Assembly (NCBI RefSeq): GCF_964204645.1
Contig: NC_134029.1
Coordinates: forward strand, 21,384,950 to 21,448,949
DNA: 64,000 bases
Source: Tubulanus polymorphus
Taxonomy: Eukaryota > Animalia > Nemertea
Direction of reading: 5' to 3'
In this document: positions 1 through 14,200 of the stretch, in pieces
Numbering within the stretch: position 1 is the first letter of the stretch
Layout: the number at the start of each line of letters is the position of its first letter
Notes under the pieces: model-generated
Databases searched by the model: none
Told to the model about the DNA's origin: nothing
Seen by the model: only the letters and a program-made list of their open reading frames with translations
Position numbers and translations under genes: made by a program

Positions 1-3000
1 TCGAACAACTTAGACAAACAATACGAGATTAATTTCATTGAAATATCATCCATTGATACCGTTATAAATATATTACGCGTTGGGAGGAAAAATTGCGTCA
101 TGTTACGACCGGAACTGTCGATGCCCCGGAGGTGAACATCAGTTGGAATATGATCTTGGACATTTTCTCTACCGATTTGTCGTGCGCGGCTATTGTGCCT
201 AGGGCTATGGCGCGAACTCATTAAAGTTCACTAAAATAGACGAGACGGCAGCTGATCTCACAGGACACACATTTGACAAAGTCGTTGCATGAAGATTGAC
301 CATTGTCTAAAAAATTATGTGGAAAGTTAGGTTTATAGCGATTAAAACCATTTGAGCCCATCTTGTCGCTTTACGATATGAGGGAACATTTTCTGAGTTT
401 ATTTTGGGTAAATATGCGGGGGAAAGTGTTTTATCAGGTTTGCAGCAGTTTTGAGCTATTGCACAGTTTTTGTATCCCACCTGGTTTTTTATGGCCATGT
501 GAATCTGGAAATGCTTCACAGCGCATTTTTTGTATCACTCCTGAAAACTACCAGACCAAACCTAAGCAATCGTCAAAACATTTCTGATTTGCATTTTGAC
601 TTTAGATCGTGATTTGTCGGAGCAGGTCCCCGGTCGAAGGTCTGGGAAAATCGCGCGTTGGCAAACAGTAAACCGACGGTCCATGGCACAAACAAACAAA
701 CGTCCGGACGGAAAACCGCACAAAAATACGTCACCATTGACTGCAGGTCAATATGCATATAATGTCAGTGTGTTTAGAAAGTGTCAACGTTTTCGGAAAA
801 CTCTCGTTATTGTTTATCAAATTCGAAGGGAGTTGGTTTCTCAAGAGCGCTTTGGAAATTCATTCAATACGCGTATTTAAACAAGAAACTGTTGACACAG
901 TGTCTACAAGTATATGAACATGTCCTACAATGCAGTTGTGCTTTATTTGCCTTTGCGGGTGTAGACCAGAAACCATTCGGAATTTTATTCTTAAATTCTT
1001 CAAACTTCGTGAGAGTTTATATATGTATAAATGACCTATTAAAGACAGTCATTTTAAGTTTCGTAGGACGAGTCCACGATCGGAAGTAACTCGTAATTTG
1101 AAACTGTTTGCATTTGCCTCTTTCAGATTCTATATAGGTGAAAACGAATTAGCGATAAAAATTGAAATGCAAAAGTGAATGCAATGGCGTAGGTATTGAA
1201 AGTAGGGGAAAATGAAGGAAAAGATGATATTTCCCTATGACCTGTTCAGGTTGGATCCCTGTGGAGCTTCAGCTGGGGACACTTTATTCATTGGCAAGCG
1301 CATATCAAAACCATAGCGGTTATTATGATTAATTCGACAATAGCAACTGAATTCCGCCGTTTACAATGTACGATTTCGCAACACGGCTCCAATTCCGAGT
1401 TGGCCGATGTAGACTCAATTACTTTTCGGCACAAAGGCATATTGAAAATACCCCCGACCGTTTTCAAATTATTAAACTCCGCACTGGCGAAAGTAAGAGT
1501 GACAGTCACGGTTGAATATATTCGTATAGGGTTGTTTAGTTTTCCATTCTATAGTCGTGGGAAAACATAATCTACAATATGTTGTTCGATTGTGGAACTC
1601 GGACGTCGAATAAGAAAAGAAGCCCTTCAATTCTTAATCCTTAATTCTGATGACCGTATTCAGAAAATCTAAGCGGCGAATAATAACCGTTGAATAGATG
1701 TACACTTGTTGGAAGTCGAGTAGTGTATAGAGTTGATTACTCGGGTGACTGCGTCACTGAAGACTTTTGTCTGAATTCGGGGAGGAGTGTTGTCTTACCA
1801 GTCACGAATAAAAACAATGCTAAACCAGTGTGTACGCGGCCCCCTGACGGGTAACTTCTCACCAGGCCTGCGCGGTACATTGTGAAATACGCTGTCAAGC
1901 ATATTTTCTTGTTGAATAATATCGTCGAATACAGTTCTGATATATACAATATACGAGGCTCCCTGCGAGGTGTTTTTTGTGAAAGGAATGAACCAAATCC
2001 TCGCCTTTGCTTTCTATATACGCCGGAGGAGTGGATGGTTCTTTCTTCGCTGACGGGTCAATTTTCAGACGATGTTTCGCTGGTGTTTATTTTCACTGAG
2101 ATGCGGTTTTTATCAACCAAACAGCCGACAATCTGCGATGCAGCAAAAAACGCGCATAAAGCAAAAACAAATCTGTTGATATTCGAGCCGTCGCAGCGTG
2201 TAGTCGCTTTGATATCTGCTTGCAGTCGAACCACGGAGTCGCGCCTTTTCCCAGCAAGCTGCCAATAGCGTGCTCCAGTCGGCTATCTTCTCATAATATA
2301 TTTCGAGAAAACACGACGGTTTTGATAATGAAACAAAGCGAAAATGCCGCGAAAACACAAAGAACGGATTCGTCGAATATCAAAATATGAAGAAAGAATT
2401 TCATCTTCTGATAAGAAGATGTTATAAGAATGCCGCGTGTAAATGGCATCTCTTTTAACCAACTTAGTTTTGTTCGGGTTTTCTCTTCGTGGAATTAGCT
2501 TCTGAAGTTAAACGTAGACTGATGCATGGAAACAACATGGTTTATGGTCCAACATTTATGAATCCCACACGTTTGCCACCGTAATTATTATGACTCTACT
2601 CTACAATCAACGCCTCGGTTTATTGCTCTTAGAACGTGGAGCGTGGAATAAACCAAATGTTGTAAATGTTGTCCCTCTGTGGCAAATTGGCTTCATTTCG
2701 GACGCCCGAGTCAGCAGAAACTGGCGACTCCCGCCGTTCAATAGAAAACGGAAATCGTTAAACGAAGAAACAACTGCGGCGATCATCGAGCACAGGCATT
2801 GTTTGGACGGGTGCCCGTATGAACAAGACAGACGGCGCATTGTCGGCACCAAGCTAACCAGTAAATTCCAATTTTACAGGCGATTTCTCAAAAATTATAG
2901 CAACCGAACAGCCACGAATCATCCAAATTCCAGTCTTTCGACCCGTGCGTATCGAGAGACAAAGCCTTAGCCTTAGGCAGATTTTTAAATACCGCGAGGT

Positions 3001-5762
3001 CGTCTGTGCCTCGGTTTTTCTGAAAAATTATTTTTGCAACTGCGTTCTCGTTTCCATACATTGAGTCGAAACTTAGATACAAGTATACTTTCATAGAGTT
3101 TCATGAGAAGTTTGGAGCCAGCAAACCATCTCTTCCAAGTGCCAGATACGTCTCGATATCTGAAACTTGTCAAAGATGAACGGCTATCGAATGTCAATCA
3201 AACGTTCAAATTGCTGATATTCGCAGTACTTGAGTTGATAATAATGTTAGCATTGATAGACATTTTGACATTGAGAGAAGTAACCTTGTCTACCAGGTCT
3301 GGTTTATACAAACACGCTTATCGTGTAATATATCCAAACTTCTTGTTCCTCGGAACATTCAATGTAACTGTTATTGACACTTTTAGAAAACCGATTATTC
3401 GAAAAGAACTGCGTCCAACGCCGAAATATCGGGCCGCTTCTCAATAGGTTGAAATTAGAGGTGGGTTAGACGAGGACATGGTATACCTTTGTGCTGAAAA
3501 ACCTGAGTTTCTGAGTTTCAGTCCATACACTTTTCCCCAGAGACGAACTACGGAGTGAGTAACGGCTTTTACGAGTTGTTTTGTTACTGCGACAGTAATA
3601 ATAGTCGTCTGTCGTCAGCTACTACTGAATTCTACTCCGGTGTTTTGTCGATTGTGAATTGCCGGGCAATTTTCTCAGATCGGTATAATTAACACTATTA
3701 ATACGAACGCTTCGCATCGAGCACCTGTCATCGTTCAAGCACCCTCGTCTCAATTTCCAGCCGTCATTTTCTCAAGTCAAAAGACAACGGTCTTTGATCT
3801 TGCGCTGTGTCTTGATTATGTCGCTCCTCGGCAATTTCCCAAGCATTTGTTCGTAGGAATACATCGTCACCGGGATCCACGCGAAATGACCCGAGTTGGA
3901 TTGGCCTTGGATGGTTCATCGGTAATTTTGTCCATTACGTGCCAAGCGATTTTTGTTGGAGTGATGATTTAGATGTGATAAGAAACACATGGTGGGAACC
4001 CAAAGATATTACCCATAATGGATTCGTCAATGGCTAGTCAATTTTGATAGGGTCCTTTGGTATTTTTGTGGTTTTTGAATCATTTAGGACAAATTTGTGG
4101 GTCAAAACCTCCGCCATTTTATACCGAAAGTAAACAGAGAGACTGACAAATACTGAACAGATGATGGTCGTCGAGATGATGTACACAGGACGCTAAAAAC
4201 AGTAGATCTTTCACGCCAGGTTCTCCTTCTTTCTTCTGCTGACTTACAGCTGTTTAAGAGCGGAATTTATATCTCAGTTTGAGTCTTGTTGAACACATGT
4301 ATATCACCTGTACTACCGACAAATACTGGATGTTTAGCGCGTAAATTTCACTTATAAACATGGTGGTCTCTCATTAGATATAAAGATTGATACCGCTTCT
4401 TCAATATACCCAACATTGAAGCCAAAACTCACTTGTCGCATTGGACTACGTGAGTCGATGTGGATTTTCAGGTTGACAGACTGAGCTCCAAGAAGTCAGC
4501 ATTTCCATGTCTGACCAGGACCTCAAAATGTAAATCGCTTATATCTGTCATCGGATGTAAGAGGATTCTTCATGTATCACTCTTGAGTTTGTATCGGATA
4601 TTCCTCATATAGATCATCGGTACAGTAACCGTATAATCCTTCTTTAATCCTTCTTTAATCTCGGTTTACCTATAAAGCCAACTACTTCTACGCGTTTGTT
4701 TAGATTGACTAGCCTCTAAGGCTCATCCCTAATGGCTAATGGCCACTCGAGTTAAACCTATAGCTTTGGATTACTGCAACTTCTTCAAATTCAATAAAGT
4801 TTTAATGAAGATCAGATTACCAGGTCGATCTGCGCTCCGCTGCTAACTAGCCATCGCTGTCAATTAGCTTTAAGCCCAATTTTTACACAAAATCTCAATA
4901 CATCCATCAGCATACGGTCAAAACTTTCGGCTACTTCGTAATAAAATGATGACGTCACATACCTCGTTGTGATACGAGAACATTGGATTTTCTGGGTCGC
5001 CTCTAAAGTATAATCTCAAGTTTCGCTTGTTTTCACGTTGTAAAATTCCAGACGTGTTATGGAAAGGCACTTGGAGATTTTCGATAAGAAAGCAATGCGT
5101 GTGTTAGATTTTACATACGCACTTTGTGAATGGACCGTGATTACTCATGGGTTTAAAACACGAGTACACAGTTTCTTTTCCCCCATTTTCTTCGAGAATA
5201 GTTCCTTACAGGAAATAAATGATCTTGCGGAATGAAATAGATCGGTTCATTTTGAATTCTAGGTTTGGACGGAGGACGAGCCGGCTCCCGGCAGCCTGTG
5301 CGCAAGCGTTTTTTTTTTTTAATTTTTAGTTGTTGTCTTTCATCAGCTGTACGCGCGTATCATGTTGTACGATCGCGTTAGTGTTTTCTGCTCGGTCGGG
5401 TATATCTAAAGGGCGGATTAATGACAACTAATTTAACGTAATCGTCTGCAAATATAGAGATTTAATCAGGATTCTGAATTCGCCTCGCAGCGTCCACAGC
5501 CGCCGCGTCGAGCGCTGAAAGATTCTCGATACTCTGAATGACTAGCTCGCATGATGTGTCCGCTTTTGACAAATTAAGGTGTTACAATAGAACTGACGTT
5601 GTTTTCATAATTAAGCGCGCTAGATTGTTCCCTCAAACACGATCTATTGTGGTCTCATTTTTACTCGGATTTCGTGACTAATAACCGGATTATGTGCGAG
5701 ATTACAATCCGGTATTGTATCTAGCGGTCGTTTTTTTGTTTCGACGTTTTTGCGCGGACAAC

Positions 5763-5780
5763 AGAGAGAGAGAGAGAGAG
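5763..5780. repeat. (AG)n microsatellite
   Basis: Nine consecutive AG units read directly. Confidence 0.9.
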
Positions 5781-6906
5781 GTGAAGGCGATGAAACTAAA
5801 TGAAAAATGCATTTCTAAAATGACGAACCGAAAACTGTCAATTAATTGACAAATCCGTCATAAACCACTGACAATGGCAGCCGATAAAATTGCTATTGTT
5901 CTTACACATTCAGCTCGCTCGTCACGAATAACTTTTAGATTGAAAAAAAAAATATACCGCATATAGCGTGCCACACCCTTCGAGTATTTAAAAAAAATAC
6001 AAATTTCGGGTTATTTTTGTGTTCACGAGATGTTTATTCTATACCCCACAAAAGACGTCGATAACACAATGATGTTTACTTGACGATCAAAGAAGACGAA
6101 GTCGGATGAGCAACGTTGTAAATTCTATATTCATCTTTCAGTCTAGATACGCGCAAGGACACATACATGATTGTACGACAAGGTTGACTGCGATCAAACA
6201 CGATTATCGTGTCCTACAAAAACGAAATGATCCATCTTTCGACCATCGATTAGTGTTCATTATTGGAGAAGTTAGTTTTCATTTCTATTGAAATTTCTGA
6301 ATGTACATCCGACATACGATAATGAGACAATCTTTAACTTCAAAAATCCCACAAATAATCTTAAGATCTTTGTCTTTAACTTAAATCAGGACTCGAATCT
6401 ATTCTGCTAAGACAATGAAGTATTCTCATCTGCGATGTGTATACAGCTGAAGAGTTTGTGAAATAGCCGGCCGGAGTCGTACGGAATCAATATTTGAGCC
6501 GATGGACGATGTTCTTACGTCAGTGCCAAGACCAGAGATTACAGGGTAGCATCGCATTTAGTTAATCCGGATTACTGAGTTTCTGAGTCACAAACACACA
6601 GACTTGTAGTAGATGGAATGACTTGAGAGGACACAACATTAAGATATAAGGACACTAAACGCTTCTAAAATCAAAGACGAAACGAAAATTCTCTGACCTA
6701 AGCTATAAGTGACTCAATGTTATATATCCTATAACTTCATTCATTTGAGTTTACCAGTTTATTACTTTGACTTTTCATACCTTAACGGTCATAGTACACG
6801 TAAATGGTCAAAGTGTTAATGAATGATTTACACGTACGCGATATTCTTGTTGAATAGATCCCGTTTTTAAGAGGATTGTTGAAAATTTATTCTAACAAGG
6901 GATTAG

Positions 6907-7049
6907 TTTTAGCACGTCGTCGTTTCGGTCGGAAGACTTCGCGGATTTCGAAACCGAAATGACGACAAATGGGTCGTGTGTAGATACGATTTCACGGTCA
7001 ATCGACTGAACTGAATCGGTAACAGTGTTTTTCTAACGACGTGCTAAAA
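6907..7049. repeat. Short foldback element
   Basis: Perfect 14-bp inverted repeat TTTTAGCACGTCGT (6907-6920) / ACGACGTGCTAAAA (7036-7049), plus an internal stem 6916-6929 / 6953-6966. Confidence 0.55.
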
Positions 7050-8241
7050 GCATTATTTGTGCTTTTATTACGAGATCGAGCTGAAGATTTTTATGAAAGG
7101 GACAGAGAATTCGGTGATCTTGAAAGCCTCCCATGAAGGCCACGACTTTTACATTTATATATTTACAGTATCAAAAACTTTAAAATCCTTTATAAAATTT
7201 TGATAATTACACACGTCATTCATTTGGAAGCGCGTTACTGTCACGACCTTCAGATATTTCTACCTAGTCCACAAAATAAGCCGCGTACTAAAGGTCGCCA
7301 GAGGTAAAAAGTGTTTCGTTCACTCATTGTCTGCGGGGATCCAGAGATTGAATATAGAATGTGGATTTGGTGAAAAGATTTCCCGGAGCGTAAACCAAAA
7401 CAATTTCTTTTTCAAATTCCCGAACACTCTATATACAAACAAAGTTTTAGAGAACACGAATATAGATCGAATCAACGTACGTAAATCAAAACTCAAAGAT
7501 AACTTGATGTTTTCGGACTCGTAACAAGATGGACCCTAGTAACGGACATGTCCAGATAATGTTTCGGAAAACATTTCTAGAAACATTTCCATCGATATCT
7601 TCAATTGCGTCTTTGATACTAACTCGAGTGACTACTATCTGGGGTTACACTTGCTAAACATTTGAAGTAGAGTATACGTCGCTTTGTCAACTATCTTGGG
7701 AAGATGTGCAAAGGGCATATCGATCACGACGATCTAAGCTCCTTAATTGAATTCGATACACAAAGACAGTCAGTTGCGAGCTATGATGTGACAATTTACC
7801 CATTGGCACGGCTAAAAGCAACGTCGAATTTTAATACGCACGACTTTGGATTTTACAGGGATTTCTGCTGCCAGGGATTTTTAATCGCCAGAAATCGCGC
7901 TAACGTATGCGCGCTCGCGGCTGGCGAAGCCGAGCATATACGAATTTCCAAAACAATGCTCCATCGCGCATTAACCCTTTTGTACCGAGGAGCGCGGGTA
8001 TGAAACCTTTTAAGAAAACCTTTCGCGAGTTTATCGGGTTATGATGTCATAATCGTGGCCGATCTTTTCTCCTCGGTGTTGTCGTAAACCCGAATTGACC
8101 GCGCGCCCAGTAGGGGATCAAGTCACAACTGCGAAACAGTAAACTTGGACTTTTCACCTCCTCGTCGAAGAAATAAACATAGAAGCCTTTTCTAACTTAT
8201 CTATCATACGCATTCGTGAAGATTGTTTAAAAGTTGCCTAC

Positions 8242-11200
8242 CTTTTCTTGTTGTTCTTGCATTTGCTTTAGGTAAATACTGCGTTTTTTATCCTTGCATC
8301 GCTTGTTCTGGAACCACACTCGTATAACGCGAGGACTTAGCGACGTCATTTCCACTAATTGTTCTTTCATTAAAGCGTCAGGTCTAGGATTAGCGTTATA
8401 ACAAGTTCGCAACGTATGAAGTTGTTTCTCATTAAGTACTGTTCGTACGCGAGTTGTTTTTTGTTCCTTTCTGGTCTTTTCTCGAGGCCGATCCCGTTCC
8501 CGTTCCGACATTTGTTCCGCACGACCTAATTAGGAAATAAATCATCAGTTAATCAGTTATCGATAATTCAAATTATTCATAGATACAAAAATAACGCGTG
8601 TTAAACCGCAACGAAATTGGATAAATGGATATTCAATATCCCAACTTTGGCATTCTTATTTGTCTAAATTCGTTGAAAGTTACGTTTGTCACTGCAAAAA
8701 TACGGCTAATACACTACTCTGAACTATTGCGTGTTTCTGATACCGCGCGATGTTTGTAACGCACAATCAATACGTTACAACCCCAAAGCAAATGACTTTT
8801 ATACCGTTTGATTTCCTCAAGACCTTTCTTTGCTTTGATTTCTCGATGTTAGATTCCGAGTCAAACGAATAAGTTACCTGTAGAAAAGTTACGTTAAAAA
8901 TGCTTTTCCTTGGGCTTATGTACGATAGATATATGTATCAACATGTGACGGAACATTTTTGAATAATCTTCAAATGACTGCGTTTTTTTCTGCACGAACA
9001 ACACGACCAAACGGTTAAACAGACGTTTGAAGACGAAAATATAAAAAATCAGCATACAAGAAACCGACTGCACTCGGTAAAAATATGAAAAGTGCTGTTG
9101 TGCTTGGGAGAACAGTTGGGTCCATTGTCATACGGAATAATAATTCGGCAAGGCGATTCAAAGGAGGTTTTTTTAGAAATCCGAGTTTGAATGCTCGCGA
9201 TGTGGAACAGGCCATCTGGACTGAATTTAAACCGCGCCACTGAAAATAGGACACATTCTACAACGTCATATCCGCCATAAACGAAAAGCTTAGTTTCGTA
9301 ATCAATAGTATAGACTTAATTTCAGCGTTTAATTGTATTTTGATCGTTAAAGCGTGTATTTTACATTTTGATTAATGCTGACAATAATAGCTGCGCGTTA
9401 CTTTTGAGTGCCACGTCAGCGTAATAAGTAAATAAACAAATATATATATATACTGGAAGTTACGTGAATTCGAAGGTAAAACGATAACTATTTGTTATTT
9501 TTTGCCCGATCGATTTTACGCCGAAGTCGTCGAATCGGCACAATAGTAAGATTGACGAATTCAACTGTATTGTGTTTCTATGAAAATCGGTCGCAACCGT
9601 TTCTCAACTAAATATAGACGCGGCAAATGAATAACGGGAAATAAAGTTCGCGTGCTTCTGCTGACGGAAAAAAAATGCGGCGCATAAGCGCGTGGCTATA
9701 TAAAGTTACTTTGCGCGGCTCTGAATTCGTGTAATTTTACATGCGAAACGATTAAAGTTTAGTACAAGCGGTGTCGAGTGTCGCGGCTGATTTATAGGTG
9801 ACGTGTCACATTGGAAAAGTCAACGCTTCAAAAACGGACTTTTAGCCTGCGGAGTTGAGTCGTTGAGTTGAGTATAATTACGTTAATACACGTACTGAGT
9901 ATAGTTGTGTCTTCGCGGTGCCCGTATATTGGCCAAATCATCGTTTTTTTGTGTTTAATTAAAAAATAGAGAAAATGAATTGATGAACTGCTGAAGGAAT
10001 ACACAGTGTATATTATATTGCTATTGGAATCAGGTTATGATTCGAGCTTCTTTCCAAATTCATAAGACGCACAGACTAGTACATGATTGTTGAATAATCT
10101 ATAAGACCCACTTTTTATCTTGGAGCCAGAATTATCTAGTCCTAAGTCAGATGTCAAGTTCAATTGGCAATTGTGGAACTCGGTTTCAGCACGTTTTGAT
10201 GATGGCTTGTACGATCGAGAGATTGACAGTTTGATGAAGAATGCCCGTCAGCTAAAGTCAACTTTTAATCGTTAAATAACAACAGGTTTTTCGTGGTTTT
10301 TTTTCATCATACATATTCTAGGGCTGCAAATAACGATTACAACACAGCCTATACTGTTTATGCCTGAAGAAATTAAACATGTGCAATTTGCGAAATCATA
10401 CTCCAAAACCCTATAGTTCTGACAAACCAATGATCGGGGAATAATAAGAATATGGTCGAGAATCGAAGCTTTAGTTGAGAAAAACCCTTTTCTATACAAA
10501 GTCAGTGTAGCCTATATGCACCAGAAAACTATTCCAGGCAGGAGCCTTCCTCTGTTTGAAATGGCCGTACCACGGGTGGTACAGTAATATATATTTTGGT
10601 TTGTAGTTCATGTGTATCGGAGTTTAGAACACATTCGCGATTTTATTTGTAAATCCCGTTGGGAAATCGACTGTTATTCTATTTATATTGGTTTATAGAC
10701 AATTTCTAACTATAAGCGATCAGGTTTACGCGTGCCCGAGGGAGCTAAGTATCCGATTTTATTATACATTATCGTGGGCTCGTTTTAATTCGTCTTCAAC
10801 GGTTAGAAAAATGAGTATCTGCATTGAAAAAATATTTTGAAAGGGTGTATTTATCGGTTGACTCATTTCCGAAATAAGAAAAAACTTGCACTAACGTATG
10901 CGTACTGGTAAAGGGCCAGGGGAGATAATTCAAAAATGATTAAATTTTCTGAAAACTATTTGAATAAAACAAAGGAATAGTCAATTGGCTTGGATCTTGT
11001 TTCAAGTAATATTCCGATCGAGTTTCTATTGCCGTTTGGAGCTAAATACAACGTTTTAAAGTAATTTCATCGATTCGTTCTTGCGCAGTTCAATTCGGAG
11101 CGCGTAGATCCGATCGTGTTCGGGACTTTCCGCCAAACCCCGAGCAGGAAGCCCCGAGAAACGATGCATCACTTCAACAGACGGCCGACCGAGTCATCAT

Positions 11201-14200
11201 CGCCGCATGATGATGATGATGATATGATCAATCATAAATCTAGCAATTAAACGAATCCCAGCGGAGAGACCTTCAGTGCATCGGTGGTCGAGCGGGGCTT
11301 TCGGAAATTTCATTATTCACCCGACAAACGGCTCGAATAATCTTCCATAATCTCTTGTTTACGGCGGATGGTCGGCGTGAATGTACATGAATAAGTAATT
11401 ATCTTTCGTAGCGAGTTTCAATTCAATAAACGGTCAATTACTGAATATAATATCATATCACAAGAGGTTTAATAATCCCCCACAGTAGCAAGCATTTAAC
11501 GATTCTGCGGGGGAAAGTTTAATATGCTGAACGTTTTGATCTGGTGACTTATCGAAAACCTGGATCGGAACTGCCGATAACCAGGGACACGAACTTGATA
11601 ACCATAACCTTTCATTTTGGTGTTCCGAGACACCTTTCAGAGAATTTCATATAGCATCACAATTCTAAGGAAGACCAATGATCATTGCAGGGGCACAAAG
11701 CCATGCATAGACACGCGGGTTCATAGAAACATTTATGACATTTCAATATTAGATTTGCGGAAAAAAGGCAACCCGTGAAACGACCGTTTTTTAACAAGAT
11801 TTCCGGGGAACTCAGTTTCTGGAGCTGTTGTGATGACGTCATCAGGTTTTGGTACGGACGAGTTTGCGCACCTGTCGTATATTTCGTCTGCTTGTCGCAC
11901 TAAACCAACAAACTGTGTAGTGTCGTCTGCCAGAATAATCGATCAACGAACAAGAAAACTTCATCAATCGGTTTCTTTCATCTCAATATACTCGCGTACC
12001 CGTTTTCACATCATCATGAAATTATTGCATATGCAATGATATTATGATATTTAAGCTCGGAATATTTTTTGTCTTCGATCTTTTGAATTCGTGATTAGTA
12101 TTCAAATCACATATATCTAGTTAAGAAATAGGGGCTAAACGATTCGATGCCTCCTTGGCGTTTGTTTTCATGGCTATGTTATGAATGTTTCGTCCTCACC
12201 ACGGATGTTTAAGGTACCAGAATTTACATTTTTATGATATATCATGATCCAGGGATCTAAGTGTAAATGAAGAGATTTTACTTGAAAATGATTTTACCTG
12301 CTAATTGTAAACCCTGGCCTGCTAATTTATTTTCTCCATTATTGTTGTTGTTTACCGGGCTGCCGTTGCTGTTTTCCAGTGAGCCGGCCCTTTCGACGAC
12401 CTCGTGGTCCGCTTTACAAAATAAACCGTCTTCCCGTAACGCGAACTCATCGCCCGGTATTAACTGGCGACTACAGGCCACGCAGCGGAAACAGTCAATA
12501 TGAAATATTTTATTCCTGGCGCGCATCACAAAGTCGCTCTTACTAAATCCGATAAAGCATTTTGTACACTTTTGACCGAACAGCCTGAAATGAGAAAAAA
12601 ACACAAGCGATCGAATAGCGTGCATGTATTTGGGCATGTATTATAGATTTTCGGTTCGAGGTGACATCACGTATGGGCGACAGAGCCGACGACAACATAT
12701 TGTTGGACGCTTTGCATTCTCTTAAAATTCCGAACGTATACGATGTTCGTGGTTCATATCAAAAAATACCCAATCAATCGCTTGCCGGTTCAAACTGGTG
12801 GATGATAGTTTGGACAGGAACTGAAATTTCCAGTTACGTTCAAGATCAAACCCCCGGTTTCGTTCCCGGGAACTATGGTCGATTTGTGACACTGACAATT
12901 CAAAACAAATAAAAATTAATCAAGCAATTAGATAAATAAGAGGAGTTATTTCCAACTTCAAGATCAAAATAGTCGGCGACAAGTCAAGTCAATACATATA
13001 TAGAGTAAAGAGATATCAAAATTTTGTCATTGTCTCATACTTTCGAGTGATGTTTTGTGTTCATCAACCGAACTTTTTAGATTTAAAGCTGTTCAAAATG
13101 ATGGAAATTGGAAACGACCGGGCTGGTGATAACCTCTACACCGAGGGTCGCTTCGTATCAACATCGCGCGGTTTAACTGGTGCCAAAAGTCGGGTATAAA
13201 CACAGTCAGTACATCTCGTCTACAGATCAGACTGTGCGCGTATTCGCTTCAGATGAATCCATACCGAGATAGATTCCATAAATGTATATTAACCAAGGCA
13301 GTCTTTCCAACCGAAAGACTATCTCGTCGATGACGGCTATAAGGATCCAGTTCCACAGTTGTGAGTTAGCGTTGAACTCAGACCTAGAATCAGTTCATTT
13401 TCAGTCATTTCGAGTCAAATCTTACTCGAACTGTGGAACTGGGTCCAGCAGACTTAATAAACTCGTCTGCAATGGCACAATATGCAAATCATTTTTTTTC
13501 TAAAATCTTATGTTTATATATGCGTTATATTGTGCAAAACAGCGAAGAAAATTTCTTCGGCAATTCTCAGAAATGACGATATGGGCAGAAAAAGGGAAAT
13601 CGCGAAAACCTGCAGTAAATAATAAGGGCGACCGCAGATCTGGAGACTTTTGAAAAGATGAGGACACCTGCGCTGACAATAAGTGATGGTTTGTGCTCTT
13701 ATGAGGTTTCTACTATTTGTTCAATTGTGAAAAGGAATGGATTTCATTCAGTTTGAAAAGAAATCGTGAAACACGAAAAGAATAGACTTCAGCCTCCCGT
13801 TGGGATTAGGCCACTTTCGCCTCTGAACACACGTCCCATACAACAATCGAATTCACAATCACTGTTGGAACCCACGGGATGTCTACAAAACTGAAGCCAT
13901 ATACAATCAAAACATTTTCAATGATCAAGTCCGCGTGTCTTTTCTTGATCGATCATTGTGGCCAAAAATCAGCATCCCCATTATGCTAAGATTTGCCTTC
14001 TTCGAGGAATATATCATGAGACAAGAGCGCATATGAAAATGTACAACCATTGCTTTTTATAAGTTATACGCAGGCAATGTAGACGATTTCTACCCTAGAT
14101 TCAACTCCATAAACATCATGGAAATGTAGTGAAATGTTAAGTTTTGTCACATCGATTCGCGCGTTTACGACGATATCGATATTCCCCTTATGAGGAGCAG

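Noticed and set aside
2590-3447. Two + strand ORFs of 126 and 114 aa
   Set aside because: No recognisable domain or convincing splice structure; probably chance ORFs in non-coding DNA.
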